Part shown: piece by piece, positions 30,901 to 42,846 of the stretch
How positions within the stretch are numbered: position 1 is the first letter of the stretch
Layout: each line of letters starts with the position of its first letter
NCBI GenBank assembly: GCA_963771275.1
Contig: CAVYSW010000010.1
Span: forward strand, 704,001-768,000
Direction: 5' to 3'
DNA from: an uncultured Gemmatimonadales bacterium
GTDB lineage: Bacteria > Gemmatimonadota > Gemmatimonadetes > Gemmatimonadales > GWC2-71-9
Length of the DNA stretch: 64,000 nucleotides
Notes under the pieces: model-generated
Databases searched by the model: none
What the model was told of the DNA's origin: nothing
What the model saw: the letters and a program-made list of their open reading frames with translations, nothing else
Made by a program: the position numbers and the translations under genes

Positions 30901-33900
30901 ACTGGTCGTCGCTGTCAGCGTCCCGCCCAACGTCCCGGAACCTGTCGCGATCGTCGCGGTCACCACCACGCCACCCTGACTGACCGCATTCCCCGAGACG
31001 TCCCGCACTTGGAGCACCGGCTGCTGGGCGAACGCGATGCCGCTCTGCGCGGCCCCGGACGGTTGGGTCGTAATCGCGAGCTGGGTCGCCGTTCCTGGGC
31101 TCACAGTAACCGTCCCCGACGTCGCCACGGTCAGCCCGGTCGCGGTGAAGCTCAGCGTGCGATCCCCCGTCGCCCCCGTGATGCTGAGATTGGTGAACGT
31201 CGCCACCCCGGCCGCACTGGTCGTCGCCGTCAGCGTCCCACCCAACGTCCCGGCCCCTGTCGCGATCGTGGCCGTCACGACGACCCCGGTCTGGCTTACC
31301 GGGTTCCCCGCCCCGTCCCGCAGCTGGAGCACCGGCTGCTGCAGGAAGGCAATCCCGCTCTGCACCGTGGCCGACGGCTGCGTCGTCAGCGTCAACTGCG
31401 ATGCCGTCCCTGCTGCGACCGTCACCGTCCCCGATGTCGCCGTCGTCAGCCCGGTTGCGGTGAAGCTCAGAGTCCGATCACCGACCAGTCCGGTGATGCT
31501 GACATTGATGAACGTCGCGATCCCGCTGGCGTTGGTCGTGGCCGTCAGCGTCCCCCCGAGGGTCCCGCCACCTGACGCAATCGCGGTCGTCACGACGACC
31601 CCACTCTGACTCACGGCGTTCCCCGAGGCATCCCGCACCTGCAGTACCGGCTGCTGAGGGAACGCAATCCCACTCTGCGCCGCGGTCGATGGCTGCGTGG
31701 TGATGGTCAGCTGGGTCGCCGTCCCCGCCGCCACCGTCACCGTCCCCGATGTCACCCCCGTCAGCCCAGTCGCCGTGAACCTCAGCGTCCGATCACCAGT
31801 CGCTCCCGTGATGCTGAGATTGGTGAACGTCGCCACGCCGCTGGCGTTCGTCGTCGCTGTCAGCGTCCCGCCCAACGTCCCGGAACCTGTCGCGATCGTC
31901 GCGGTCACCACCACGCCACCCTGACTGACCGCATTCCCCGAGACGTCCCGCACTTGGAGCACCGGCTGCTGGGCCAACGCGCTGCCGCTCTGCGCGGTCG
32001 CGGACGGTTGGGTCGTAATCGTCAGCTGGGTCGCCGTCCCCGCGGTTACGGTGACCGTCCCCGACGTGGCCGCCGTCAGCCCGGGCGCCGTGAAGTTCAG
32101 CGTGCGATCACCCGTTGCCCCCGTGATGCTGAGATTGGTGAACGTCGCCACCCCGGCCGCACTGGTCGTCGCCGTCAGCGTCCCGCCCAACGTCCCTGCA
32201 CCCGTCGCGAGCGTTGCGGTCACGACTACGCCCGTCTGGCTGACCGGATTGCCCGCCCCGTCCCGCAGCTGGAGCGCCGGCTGCTGCAGGAAGGCAAGCC
32301 CGCTCTGCACCGTGGCTGACGGCTGCGTCGTCAGCGTCAACTGCGATGCCGTCCCCGCCGCGACCGTCACCGTCCCGGACGTGACCCCCGTCAGTCCGGT
32401 GGCCGTGAAGCTCAGCGTGCGATCACCCGTTGCTCCCGTGATGCTGAGATTGGTGAACGTCGCCACCCCGCCGGCGTTGGTGCTGGCTGTCAGGGTCCCG
32501 CCGAGGGTCCCGCCACCTGACGCAATCGTGGCCGACACGACGACCCCGCTCTGACTCACCGGGTTCCCGGCCCCGTCCCGCAGCTGGAGCCCCGGCTGCT
32601 GCGGGAACGCAATCCCGCTCTGCACCGTGGTCGATGGCTGCGTGGTAATGGTCAGCTGGGTTGCCGTCCCCGCCGCGACCGTCACCGTCCCCGACGTCAC
32701 ACCCGTCAGGCCAGTTGCCGCGAAGCCCAGCGTCCGATCGCCAGTCGGTCCCGTGATGCTGAGATTGGTGAAGGTCGCGACCCCAGCCGCGTTGGTCGTC
32801 GCCGTCAGCGCCCCGCCCAACGTCCCTGCACCCGTCGCGAGCGTCGCGGTCACCAGCACGCCAGCCTGACTCACTGGATTGCCCGCCCCGTCTCGCACCT
32901 GGAGCACCGGCTGCTGCGGGAACGCAAGACCGCTCTGCACCGTGGTCGATGGCTGCGTGGTAATGGTCAGTTGGGTCGCGGTGCCCGCCGTCACTGTCAC
33001 GGCGTTCGAGGTCACGCCGGTCAGCCCGGTCGCCGTGAAGCTCAGCGTGCGATCACCCGTTGCCCCCGTGATGCTGAGATTGGTGAACGTCGCCACCCCG
33101 GCCGCACTGGTCGTCGCCGTCAGCGTCCCGCCCAACGTCCCTGCACCCGTCGCGAGCGTTGCGGTCACGACTACGCCCGTCTGGCTGACCGGATTGCCCG
33201 CCCCGTCCCGCAGCTGGAGCGCCGGCTGCTGCAGGAAGGCAAGCCCGCTCTGGACCGTGCGCCGACGGCTGCGTCGTGAGCGTCAGCTGCGCCGCGGGAC
33301 CCGCCACGACGCCGATGCCGCCCGTCGCCACTCCCGTGAGCCCTGACGCGCTAAACGCCAACGTGCGGCTCCCAATCGTCCCGCTGATCGCCAGGTTCGT
33401 GAACGCCGCCACACCCCCGACGTCCGTTGCAACACTCGTCGTGCCGCTCAGCGTTCCCCCGCCGCTCGCGATCGCTGCCGTGACGACGATCCCGCTCTGG
33501 GTTACGACGTTTCCCGCCCCGTCCCGCACCTGCAGCACCGGCTGCTGTACGAAGGCCACGCCGCTCTGTGCACTGCTCGAGGGTTGAGTAGTCAACGTCA
33601 GCTGGCTCGCCACGCCAGCCGTCACGGCGATGTCCCCAGTGCTCACGGACTGGAACCCGTCCGCGGCGAAGATCAGTCTCCGGACGCCCACCGTCCCCGT
33701 GACGACCAGACCGGCAAAGTGGGCGGCGCCACCCGCATCGGTATTGGCGGACGTCGTTCCGGCCAGCGTGCCGCCGCCGCTGAGTATTGTCGCGATCACG
33801 GTCACGCCGGGCTGTGCCACGGGATTGCCGCTCGCGTCCTGGAGCTGCACCACCGGCTGTTGCGGGAACGCCACCCCGCTCTGTACCGTGGCCGACGGCG

Positions 33901-36900
33901 GCGTGGTGAGCGCCAGCTTGGAGCCAGCCCCCGCGCCCAGAGTGACCGAGTTCGACGTGGCGCTGTCCAGGGCCGCCGCTTTGAAGCGCAGCGTGTAGAC
34001 GTCGGTGGGTCCCGTGATGGCGAGGTTCGTGAACGACGCCTGGCCCCCGGCCGACGTGCTCACGGTGAGTGCGCCGCCGAGGGAGGCCCCGCCGGGACCG
34101 GACGCGAGCGACGCGGTGACCGCACGGCCTGGATCGTTCACGGGGTTGCCGCTCGCGTCGGTGACCTGAATGACCGGCTGCTGCGCGAAGGGCAGGCCGC
34201 TCTGCGCACTGCTCGACGGCTGCACCGTGATCCCGAGTCGCGCGGCCAGACCGGCCGCCACGCTAATCGCGTTGGACGTGTCCGGCACCAGACCGGCTGC
34301 CGCGAACGCGAGCGTCCGACCCCCGACGGTCCCCGAAATGCTCAGACCGGTGAAGGCCGCAGCGCCCGACGCACCCGTCGTCGCGGTGGTCGTCCCTGCC
34401 AGCGTTCCACCGCCACTCGCGATCGAGGCGGTCACGGACACCCCGGCTACCGCTACCACATTCCCGCTGGGATCCTGGAGTTGGACGACCGGCTGCTGCG
34501 GGAAGGACACGCCGCTTTGCACCGTCGCCGACGGTTGCGTGGTCAGCACCAGCTGCGTCGCGGCGGCAGCACCGACGGTGACTGTGGACGATGTGACCCC
34601 CGTCAGTCCCACCGCGCTGAAGCTCAGCGTCCGCGGCCCCGCTGTCCCCGTAACCGACAGATCCGCGAAGCTCGCCACACCGCTCGAGTTGGTCCCGACC
34701 GTCGTCGTCCCCCCGAGCGTCCCACCACCCGTCGCGATCGCAGCCGTAACGCTGATCCCGGCCTGACTGACCGGGTTGCCCGCGGCATCCCGGACCTGAA
34801 GCACCGGCTGCTGCGGGAACGGCACGCCACTCTGCGCGCTGGCCGACGGCTGCACCGTGAGGGTGAGCTGCGCGGCTGGCCCCGCCGTGATGTTGATCGC
34901 GTTCGACACGGCGGTGGTCACTCCGCTCGCCGTGAAGCTCAGTGTGCGGGTGCCGACGGTCCCGCTGACCGCCAGGTTGGTGAAGGTCGCCACCCCCGAC
35001 GGGTTCGTCCCCACAGCCGTCGTTCCACCGAGCGTTCCGCCGCCCGTGGCAATCACGGCGGTCACGGTCACGCCCGCCTGACTCACCACGTTTCCGCCGG
35101 CGTCACGGAGCTGGACCACGGGCTGCTGGGCGAATGCGACCCCGCTCTGCACCGTGGCCGACGGCTGCGTCGTGATGGTCAATTGGGTAGCCGGACCCAC
35201 CGTGACCGTCACCGTGCTCGACGTAATCGATGTCAGGCCGGTCGCGCTGAACGCCAGCGTCCGATCCCCGACCGTCCCGGTGAGCACCAGATTGCTGAAC
35301 GCGGCGATCCCGCTCGCGTTGGTGCTGGCGGTCAGCGTCCCCCCGAGCGTCCCGCCCCCCGTCGCAAGCGCCGCGGCCACCACCACGCTCGCCTGGCTCA
35401 CCGCGTTGCCCGATGCATCCCGGAGCTGCACCACCGGCTGCACCGGGAACGCCACCCCGCTCTGCACACTGGCCGAGGGCTGGCTTGTGATACTCAACTG
35501 TGAGGCTGCCCCCGCCGTCACCGTCACGGTATTCGAGGTCGCCGAGGTCAACCCCGTGGCGCTGAAGGAGAGCGTCCGGTTCCCAACGGCCCCGGTGAGC
35601 ACGAGGTTCGTGAACGTCGCCATGCCGCTCGCGTTCGTGCTGGCCGTCAGCGTCCCCCCGAGCGTCCCGCCCCCACTGGCAACCGCCGCGGTCACCACCA
35701 CGCTCGCCTGGCTCACCACGTTCCCCGATGCATCCCGGATTTGCACGACCGGCTGCGCGGGGAACGCCACCCCACTCTGCACCGACGCCGACGGCTGCGT
35801 CGTCAGCGTCAACTGCGACGCGACGCCCGCCGTGATCGTCACGGTCCCCGACGTGGCGGACGTGAGCCCCGCCGCGCTGAAGGACAACGTCCGGTCCCCA
35901 ACGGCCCCGGTGAGCATGAGGTTCGTGAACGTCGCCACGCCGCTGGCATTGGTGCTGGCTGTCAGGGTCCCACCGAGGGTCCCGCCGCCTGACGCAATCG
36001 TGGCCGACACAACGACCCCGGTCTGGCTCACCGGGTTCCCGGCCCCGTCCCGCACCTGGAGCGCCGGTTGCTGCGGGAACGCAATCCCGCTCTGCACCGT
36101 GGCCGACGGCTGCGTGGTAATGGTCAGCTGGGCCGCCGTCCCCGCCGCGACCGTCACCGTCCCCGACGTCACGCCCGTCAGGCCAGTTGCCGCGAAGCCC
36201 AGCGTCCGATCGCCAGTCGGTCCCGTGATGCTGAGATTGGTGAACGTCGCTACCCCGCCCGCGTTGGTCGTCGCGGTCAGCGCCCCGCCCAACGTCCCGG
36301 CACCCGTCGCGAGCGTCGCGGTCACCGCCACGCCAGCCTGACTCACCGGATTGCCCGCCCCATCTCGCACCTGGAGCACTGGCTGCTGCGGGAACGCAAG
36401 ACCGCTCTGCACCGTGGCCGATGGCTGCGTGGTAATGGTCAGTTGGGTCGCGGTGCCCGCCGTCACCGTCACCACGTTCGAGGTCACGCTGGTCAGCCCG
36501 GTCGCCGTGAAGCTCAGCGTGCGATCACCCGTTGCTCCCGTGATGCTGAGATTGGTGAACGTCGCAAGCCCGCTGGCGTTCGTACTGGCCGTCAGCGCCC
36601 CGCCCAGCGTCCCCGCACCCGTCGCGATCGCCGCCGTCACCACCACGCCAGCCTGACCCACCGGATTGCCGGCACCGTCACGCACCTGCACGCTGGGCTG
36701 GACCGGGAACGCCACCCCGCTCGGCACGGTGGCCGACGGCTGCGTCGTGAGCGTCAACTGGCTGGCCGGCCCGGCGGTGAGACTGATGCTTCCTGAGGCA
36801 ACGCCGGTGAGGCCCGGCGCGCTGAATGCCAGCGTCCTACTCCCGACGGTTCCGCTGATCGCGAGATTGGTGAACGCGGCGACCCCGCTGGCGTTGGTCG

Positions 36901-39290
36901 CAACCACGGCCGTTCCGCCGAGCGTGCCGCCGCCGGTCGCGATGGCAGCCGTGACGTTCACCCCCGCCTGGCTCACGGCATTGCCGGACGCATCCCGGAG
37001 TTGCACGACCGGCTGCTGCGGGAAGACCACTCCACTCTGCACGGTCGCGGACGGCGGGGTTGTCATCGTCAGCTGCGCGGCGGGACCGGCGATCACACTG
37101 ATGTCGCCCGAGCTGACCGACTGGTAGCCGTTGGTGGCGAAGATGAGGCGGCGGATGCCGACGGTCCCGGCAAGCGCCAGGTCGGTGTAGCGCGCGGTGC
37201 CGGCGGCATCCGTCGACACCGTCGCCGTCCCGGAGAGTGTCCCGCCACCGCTTTGGATGGTGACCACGATCGCAACGCCGGCCTGGGCCACCGGGTTTCC
37301 GCTCGCGTCCTGGAGCTGGACCACCGGCTGCTGCGGGAACGCCACCCCGCTCGATACCGTGGCGGAGGGCGAGGTCGCGAGCGCCAACCGCGAGCCGGTG
37401 CCCGCCCCCAGCGTGACCGAGTTCGACGTGACACTGTCCAGGCCCGTCGACCTGAAGCGAATCGTGTACCCTCCGGCTGCCCCCGTGATGGCCAGATCGG
37501 TGAAGCTCGCTTGCCCCCCGGAGGCGGTCGTCACGGTCACGGTCCCGTTGAGCGCTCCCCCCGCCCCCGTGGCGAGCGCGGCGGTGACCGCGCGTCCGAC
37601 CTCACTCACCGCGTTGCCGCTCGCGTCGCGCAGCTGCACAATAGGCTGCTGCGAGAAGGCCACGCCGCTTTGCGCGTTGCTCGAGGGCTGCACGGTGATG
37701 CTGAGCGCGGCTGCGGGCCCCGGGGTGAGCGCCACGGCGTTCGACGTCGCGGCGGTCAGCCCCGTGGCGGAGAAGCTCAACGTACGGGTGCCCACCGTCC
37801 CGCTGATGGCCAGATCAGTGAAAATGGCAAGGCCGGTTGCGCCGGTCGTTACGCTCGCCGTTCCTCCCAGCACGCCGCCGCCGGTGGCGATCGCCGCTGT
37901 CACCACGACGCCGCTCTGGCTCAACGCGTTGCCCGAGGCGTCGCGCAGTTGGACCGTCGGCTGCTGTGGGAAGGGCACGCCACTCTGCGCCGAGGCCGAT
38001 GGCTGGGTCGTGACGGTCAGCTGCGACGCAGCGCCTGACGTGACGTTGATGCTGTTGGACGTCGCACCCGCGAGCCCCGTTGCTGCAAAGGCCAGCGTGC
38101 GTGTTCCAGCGGTCCCCGTGATCGAGAGGGTGCTGAACGTCGCCCGGCCATTCGATGCGGTCGTGGCAGTCGTGGTCCCACCCAGCGTCCCGCCCCCCGA
38201 AGCGATCGTCACCGCGACGACGATCCCGCTCTGGCTCACCGCGTTTCCCGCCGCGTCCCGTACCTGTGCGACCGGCTGTTGGGGGAACACGACCCCGCTC
38301 TGCACGGTGGCCGACGGTTGGGTCGTGAGCGCGAGCTGCGCAGCCAGGCCGGCGGCGACTGTGATCGCGCCTGATGTGGCGCTCACGAGTCCGGATGCCG
38401 TGAAGCCCAGCGTTCGGCTGCCGATGGTCCCGCTGATCGACAGGTTCGTGAACGTGGCCACTCCGGACGCGTCACTCGTCGCGGCGACCGTCCCGCCGAG
38501 CGTGCCACCGCCGCTAGCAATCGCCGCGGTGACGACGATCCCGCTCTGGCTCACCGCGTTGCCGGCTCCGTCACGCACCTGGATGGCCGGTTGCTGCGGG
38601 AACAGCACGCCACTCTGAACACTGCTCGACGGCTGAGTGGTGATCGTGAGCTGCGCTGCCAACCCGGGCACCACCGTGACGTTCGTGGAGGTCACGGCTG
38701 TCAAGCTCGTGGCCGTGAAAATGAGCGTCCGGATCCCGGTTGCGCCGGTGATCCGCAGACTCGAAAACGTGGCGACGCCGCTGATGTCAGTGGTCGCCGT
38801 TGTCGTCCCGCCGAGCGTCCCAGCGCCCGTGGCGATCGCGGCCGTCACCACGATCCCGCTTTGGGCAACCGGATTGCCGGCTCCGTCTCGGACCTGAACG
38901 ACCGGCTGCTGTGGGAACGCCACGCCGCTCTGCACCGTGGCGGAGGGCTGCGTGCTGATGGTGAGCCGGTTTGGTGCGCCGGCAGTGATGTCGAAAGCCG
39001 TGCTTGTGTCCGGGGCAAGCCCGGAGCTGACAGTGATCAATCGGTACGCCGTGCCCACACGGTCGATCCGCAGGCCCGCAAACGTCGCGATTCCCTTCAC
39101 TGCGGCCCCCGTCGTGCTACCGCCCAACGTCGCGCCAGCGGCCCCCGTGCCCGGGGCCAGCCCAACCGTCACCGTCCCCGTGAAGCTGGAGTCGGGGCCA
39201 CCCGCCTGCTTGTGCACTTGGACCTGCACAGCCGGGATGATAGCCGAGTCGACTGCCGCAGCACTCGGCTCTACGAGGAATGCGAGGCGC
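27940..39290. repeat. About 36 more diverged ~315-bp Ig-like repeat units
   Basis: Recurrent TQPS.TVQSG.AF.QQP..Q.RD..GN / TLGGT / ATFTNL.ITG motif throughout; count estimated from span/315. Confidence 0.9.
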
Positions 39291-39299
39291 GTCGGTGGC

Positions 39300-40400
39300 A
39301 GCTGCACGCGGAAGTCTGTCGACGATTCCCCATTGCCGCCGAAACTGCTCCAGGCGCTCGCACGTCCCGTCTCGTCCGTCGCCCGCGCCTGCCAGTGGTA
39401 GTTCGTGTCATCGCCGAGGCCGGCTACGGTGACCGATGCCGTACTGCCAGTGGAGCCAGCTGCGCTCGAATCCGTGGGCACGTTGGCAAAGCCCTGCGCC
39501 ACGGGCCGCACCTCCACCTGCAGGCGAATCTGCGCTCCAGGATCCGGGTCGGTGACCCCGCCACGGAGGACGGCCACCGTCTGGCGCACCGTGTCGCCGA
39601 CCCCGAGCACGGTGATGCCGTCGCCCCGCAGCTGCGCGAGCGCCGCCGGCGAGCCCGGCGGCTCAGGAACGGCGATGGCGAAGTCGGTCGCGCTTTCGCT
39701 GTTGCCGCCGAAGGGCACCCACGCACTGGCCCGCCCCGTGGGGTCGACGGCCCGCGCCTGCCAGTGGTAATTCGCATCGTCGCCCAGGCCGGTCAGGGTG
39801 GCGAGCCCCGTGCTGCCGCTGGCGACCCCCACGCCGGTGCCCGACGCGACGCCGGTGAACGCCGCTCCGACTGGTCGTACCTCCACCTCCAGCCGGATCA
39901 GCTCGCCGGGGTTGTTGTCCCGTACCGTTCCGGCGAAGACGACGGTCCGTTCGTCCGTCGTGCCCCCGAGCGCGATGCCCGTTGCCGCGTCGCTGCGACG
40001 CTGGCTCAGACCCGTCGGTGTGGCAGGGGGTTCGGGCACGGTCACCACAACGTCGGCGACATCCTCACCGTTGGCGCCGAAGGCGACCCACGCACTGGCA
40101 CGTCCGGTCTGATCGACGCTGCGCCCACGCCAGTGGTAGGACGTGTTGTCCCGCAGGCCGCCAACGCGCGCCGCTGCTTGACCGCCGACGGAAACCGGGG
40201 CGCTGGCCGCCGTCGGCTGTCCCGTGAAGTCGGTGCCGAGCGGCTGCAGCTCGACCTGCAGTTGGAGCGCGTCGTCCGGGTCGGGATCACCCATGACGGC
40301 CCGCACCACGATCACCGAATCGGTGATCCCTCCGCCGACCGCGATGGGGCTCAGGCTGTCCGCGCGGAACTGCGCCAGCGACGTGGGGCTATCGGGGAGG
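39300..40400 (-). repeat. Three ~122-aa fibronectin-III-like repeats
   Basis: Three copies of P..P..L.Q.R.D...D...L.VE..P...YHW..R..D.TGRASAW..FG. Confidence 0.75.
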
Positions 40401-41485
40401 CGCGGTCGGGACAGATCGAGCGCGAACGTGCCCTCCGCGCTCGCGGCGGTGCTGGTGACCTCGAGGTAATACTGGCCGCCGCGCGGCAGGGTGACGTACC
40501 GGAGACACGCGCCCGCTCCGCCACTGGGACACGAGCTCGACTCCGCCAGCGCCGGCGCCGATCCCACCGTCGCGGTGTCCAGCAGGACGTAGGCGCCGAA
40601 TCCGGTCGCGCGCACGGTCACGCTCACCGAGTCGCCGGCGGTGGCCGTGAACTTGAACAGCTTGCCGAACCGTCCGGCCTGATGCAGCGATTCGCAGTCG
40701 GAGGCCGTGAGCGAGTCGGCAACCGTGACCCCCGTGCCGATCGGCTGCTCCCGGCACGGCAGCACCGCGAAGCGCACGGGTACCCGCAACGGCTCCGCGG
40801 CGCCGTTCTGCTGGGAGATGATCACCGTGTCCTGGTACTCGCCCACGAACAGCGCGCTCGGGTTGAACGAGACCGCGAGCGTGGCAGGGGTCGTCCCGCT
40901 GCTCGGCGCGAGCGCGAGCCATGAGCTCGCCGTGGCCTTCGCCGCCGACCACGCGAGCGCCCCCGGGCCGGAGCTCGTGACCGCCAGGGTCTGCTGCCGC
41001 ACCGGGCGACTACCGACCGCCGCGGAGTCGCGCAGCAGCGCGGGATCGACGACCAGGGCCCCCGGAGGGTCGGGGTTCACCAACTCGTCGAGCTTGCACG
41101 TGCTGACCGACAGGCCCGCCAGAACCACGGCTGACAGGGCAACGAGTCTGCGTGGCGCGGAACGAAGGTACGTAGGCAGGCTCCGTGGCGATCACGCCGG
41201 ACGTCGTCGCAGGCCGTCGACCGACCGGCGCCAACGAACCCGGCTGGATTCATTAGTCCGGGACGCGAATATCGTGCCCTGCCAACCTCAAGCAGGAGCG
41301 GGCGCTACGCTCGCGACCGCGACCCCTTGTTGCGACACCGCCACACCCCATCACCATGGGGTAATGTCGCTGCCCGCCTTGGCTTGCCGCGCCGTACGCG
41401 CACCACGCCCCGGGGCGATGCGCGCGTTGCGGGGGGGCAGTATTCTGGCTCCCGGGACGGCCGGAGGGAATGGCTGGAAACAACT

Positions 41486-41518
41486 CGGCGCCGGTGGCCG
41501 TGGGGGCCGCCGGCGCCG
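41486..41518 (-). terminator. Rho-independent terminator after the CoA-transferase gene
   Basis: 14-bp imperfect stem CGGCGCCGGTGGCC/GGCCGCCGGCGCCG followed on the minus strand by AGTTGTTTCC. Confidence 0.65.
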
Positions 41519-41538
41519 GGCGCTCGCGTGAGCGCGGG

Positions 41539-42837
41539 CTATGGCAGGAGCTTGCGTTCCCGGGCCGCTCGCAGGAGCTCGTCCTGGAACCGCGGATCCG
41601 CGATCAGCACCAGGGCCTCGACCCGCTCGCGCAGGTTCTTGCCGAACAGGTTGGCGACGCCGTGCTCGGTCACGACGTAGTGCACGTCCGCCCGGCTCGT
41701 CACGACCCCGGCCCCCTCCTTGAGATAGGGCACGATGCGCGACATCAGGCCCCCTTTGGCGCTGCTCGGGAGCGCGATCACCGGCCGCCCCCCGCGGGAG
41801 CGCGCGGCCCCGCGGATGAAATCCACCTGCCCGCCGAACCCGGAGTAGATGTACGAGCCGATCGAGTCCGAGCAGACCTGGCCGGTGAGATCCACCTCGA
41901 TCGCGGAGTTGACCGCCACCATGTTGTCGTTGTGGCTCACGATTTCCGGGTCGTTCACGTAGTTGACGGGATGCGCCTCGATCAGCGGGTTGTTGTCGAG
42001 AAAGCCGTACAGCTGTTCCGTCCCGAGGGCGAACGTGATGACCACCTTGCCGGGGTGCAGCGTCTTGCGGGTGCCCGTCACGACGCCACGCTCGATCGCG
42101 CGCATCGCCCCGTCGGACATCATCTCGGTGTGGATCCCGAGCTCGAGGTCGCCTTCCATGGCCTCGTACACCGAGTCGGGGATGCCGCCGATCCCCATCT
42201 GCACGGTGGAGCCCGGCTTGAGCAGGCCGACCACGTTGCGCGCGATGGCCTTCTCCACCTCGGTGGCCGGTGGGGACCGGAGCTCGGGGAGCGGCTCCGT
42301 GCACTCCACGATCGCCGTCACACGGTTCACGTGCAGGAAGCAGTCGCCCAGCACGCGCGGCATCTTCTCGTTGACCTGCACGATGACGGTTTTCGCCGCC
42401 TGGCAGGCGGCCATCGATGCCAGCGTCTCCACGCCCAGGCTCATGAAGCCGTGCTCGTCGGGAGGCGACACCTGCACCATCGTCACGTCCAGCGGCACGA
42501 TCTTGTCGCGGAACAGCCGCGGGATCATGTGCAGGAAGATCGGCACGTAGTCGGCGCGGCCGTCGTTCACCGCCTGGCGATCGGCCGGCCCCACGAACAG
42601 GGAATTGTGGCGAAAGTGGCCTTCCATCCCCGGTGCCGAGAGCGGGTCGTCGCCGATCAGCAACACGTGGTTGAGCTGGACGTCATGCAGCTCATCGCGG
42701 CGGGCCGCGAGGGCGCGGACGAGCGCCTGGGGGATGGCGGCGTTGCCGCCGTAGTACACGCAGTCGCCGCTCTCGATCAGCCCCACCGCGTCGGCGGGAC
42801 TGCGGAGCTTGGACGTGTAGTCGTCCATCCAGTTCAT
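41539..42837 (-). CDS. Acetyl-CoA hydrolase/transferase family (4-hydroxybutyrate CoA-transferase-like)
   Basis: VSPPDEHG, QMGIGGIP, LGIHTEM, NSAIEVDLTGQV, SGFGGQVDF, VVTEHGVA. Confidence 0.93.
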   Translation of the reverse strand: MNWMDDYTSKLRSPADAVGLIESGDCVYYGGNAAIPQALVRALAARRDELHDVQLNHVLLIGDDPLSAPGMEGHFRHNSLFVGPADRQAVNDGRADYVPIFLHMIPRLFRDKIVPLDVTMVQVSPPDEHGFMSLGVETLASMAACQAAKTVIVQVNEKMPRVLGDCFLHVNRVTAIVECTEPLPELRSPPATEVEKAIARNVVGLLKPGSTVQMGIGGIPDSVYEAMEGDLELGIHTEMMSDGAMRAIERGVVTGTRKTLHPGKVVITFALGTEQLYGFLDNNPLIEAHPVNYVNDPEIVSHNDNMVAVNSAIEVDLTGQVCSDSIGSYIYSGFGGQVDFIRGAARSRGGRPVIALPSSAKGGLMSRIVPYLKEGAGVVTSRADVHYVVTEHGVANLFGKNLRERVEALVLIADPRFQDELLRAARERKLLP

Positions 42838-42846
42838 GGCCGGTCC

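Larger units (their letters stand above)
23868..41128 (-). pseudogene. Giant Ig-like (Big_1/invasin-like) repeat surface protein, about 5,750 aa, interrupted by two 1-bp insertions (25634, 33260); true pseudogene or assembly error
   Basis: ORFs 33053..41128, 25336..33168 and 23868..25628 continue the same ~105-aa repeat with successive frame steps. Removing the two extra bases leaves 17259 nt (a multiple of 3). N-terminus has a hydrophobic stretch plus Cys, then BACON-like and PPC-like domains. Confidence 0.85.

Noticed and set aside
23868..41128. Diversity-generating retroelement or programmed frameshifting behind the repeat variation
   Set aside because: No reverse transcriptase in the window, differences are not visibly adenine-specific, and there is no slippery heptamer or homopolymer at 25634 or 33260
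24391..41531. Many repetitive plus-strand ORFs (VTVTVPDVTPV...)
   Set aside because: Antisense reading of the Ig-repeat gene
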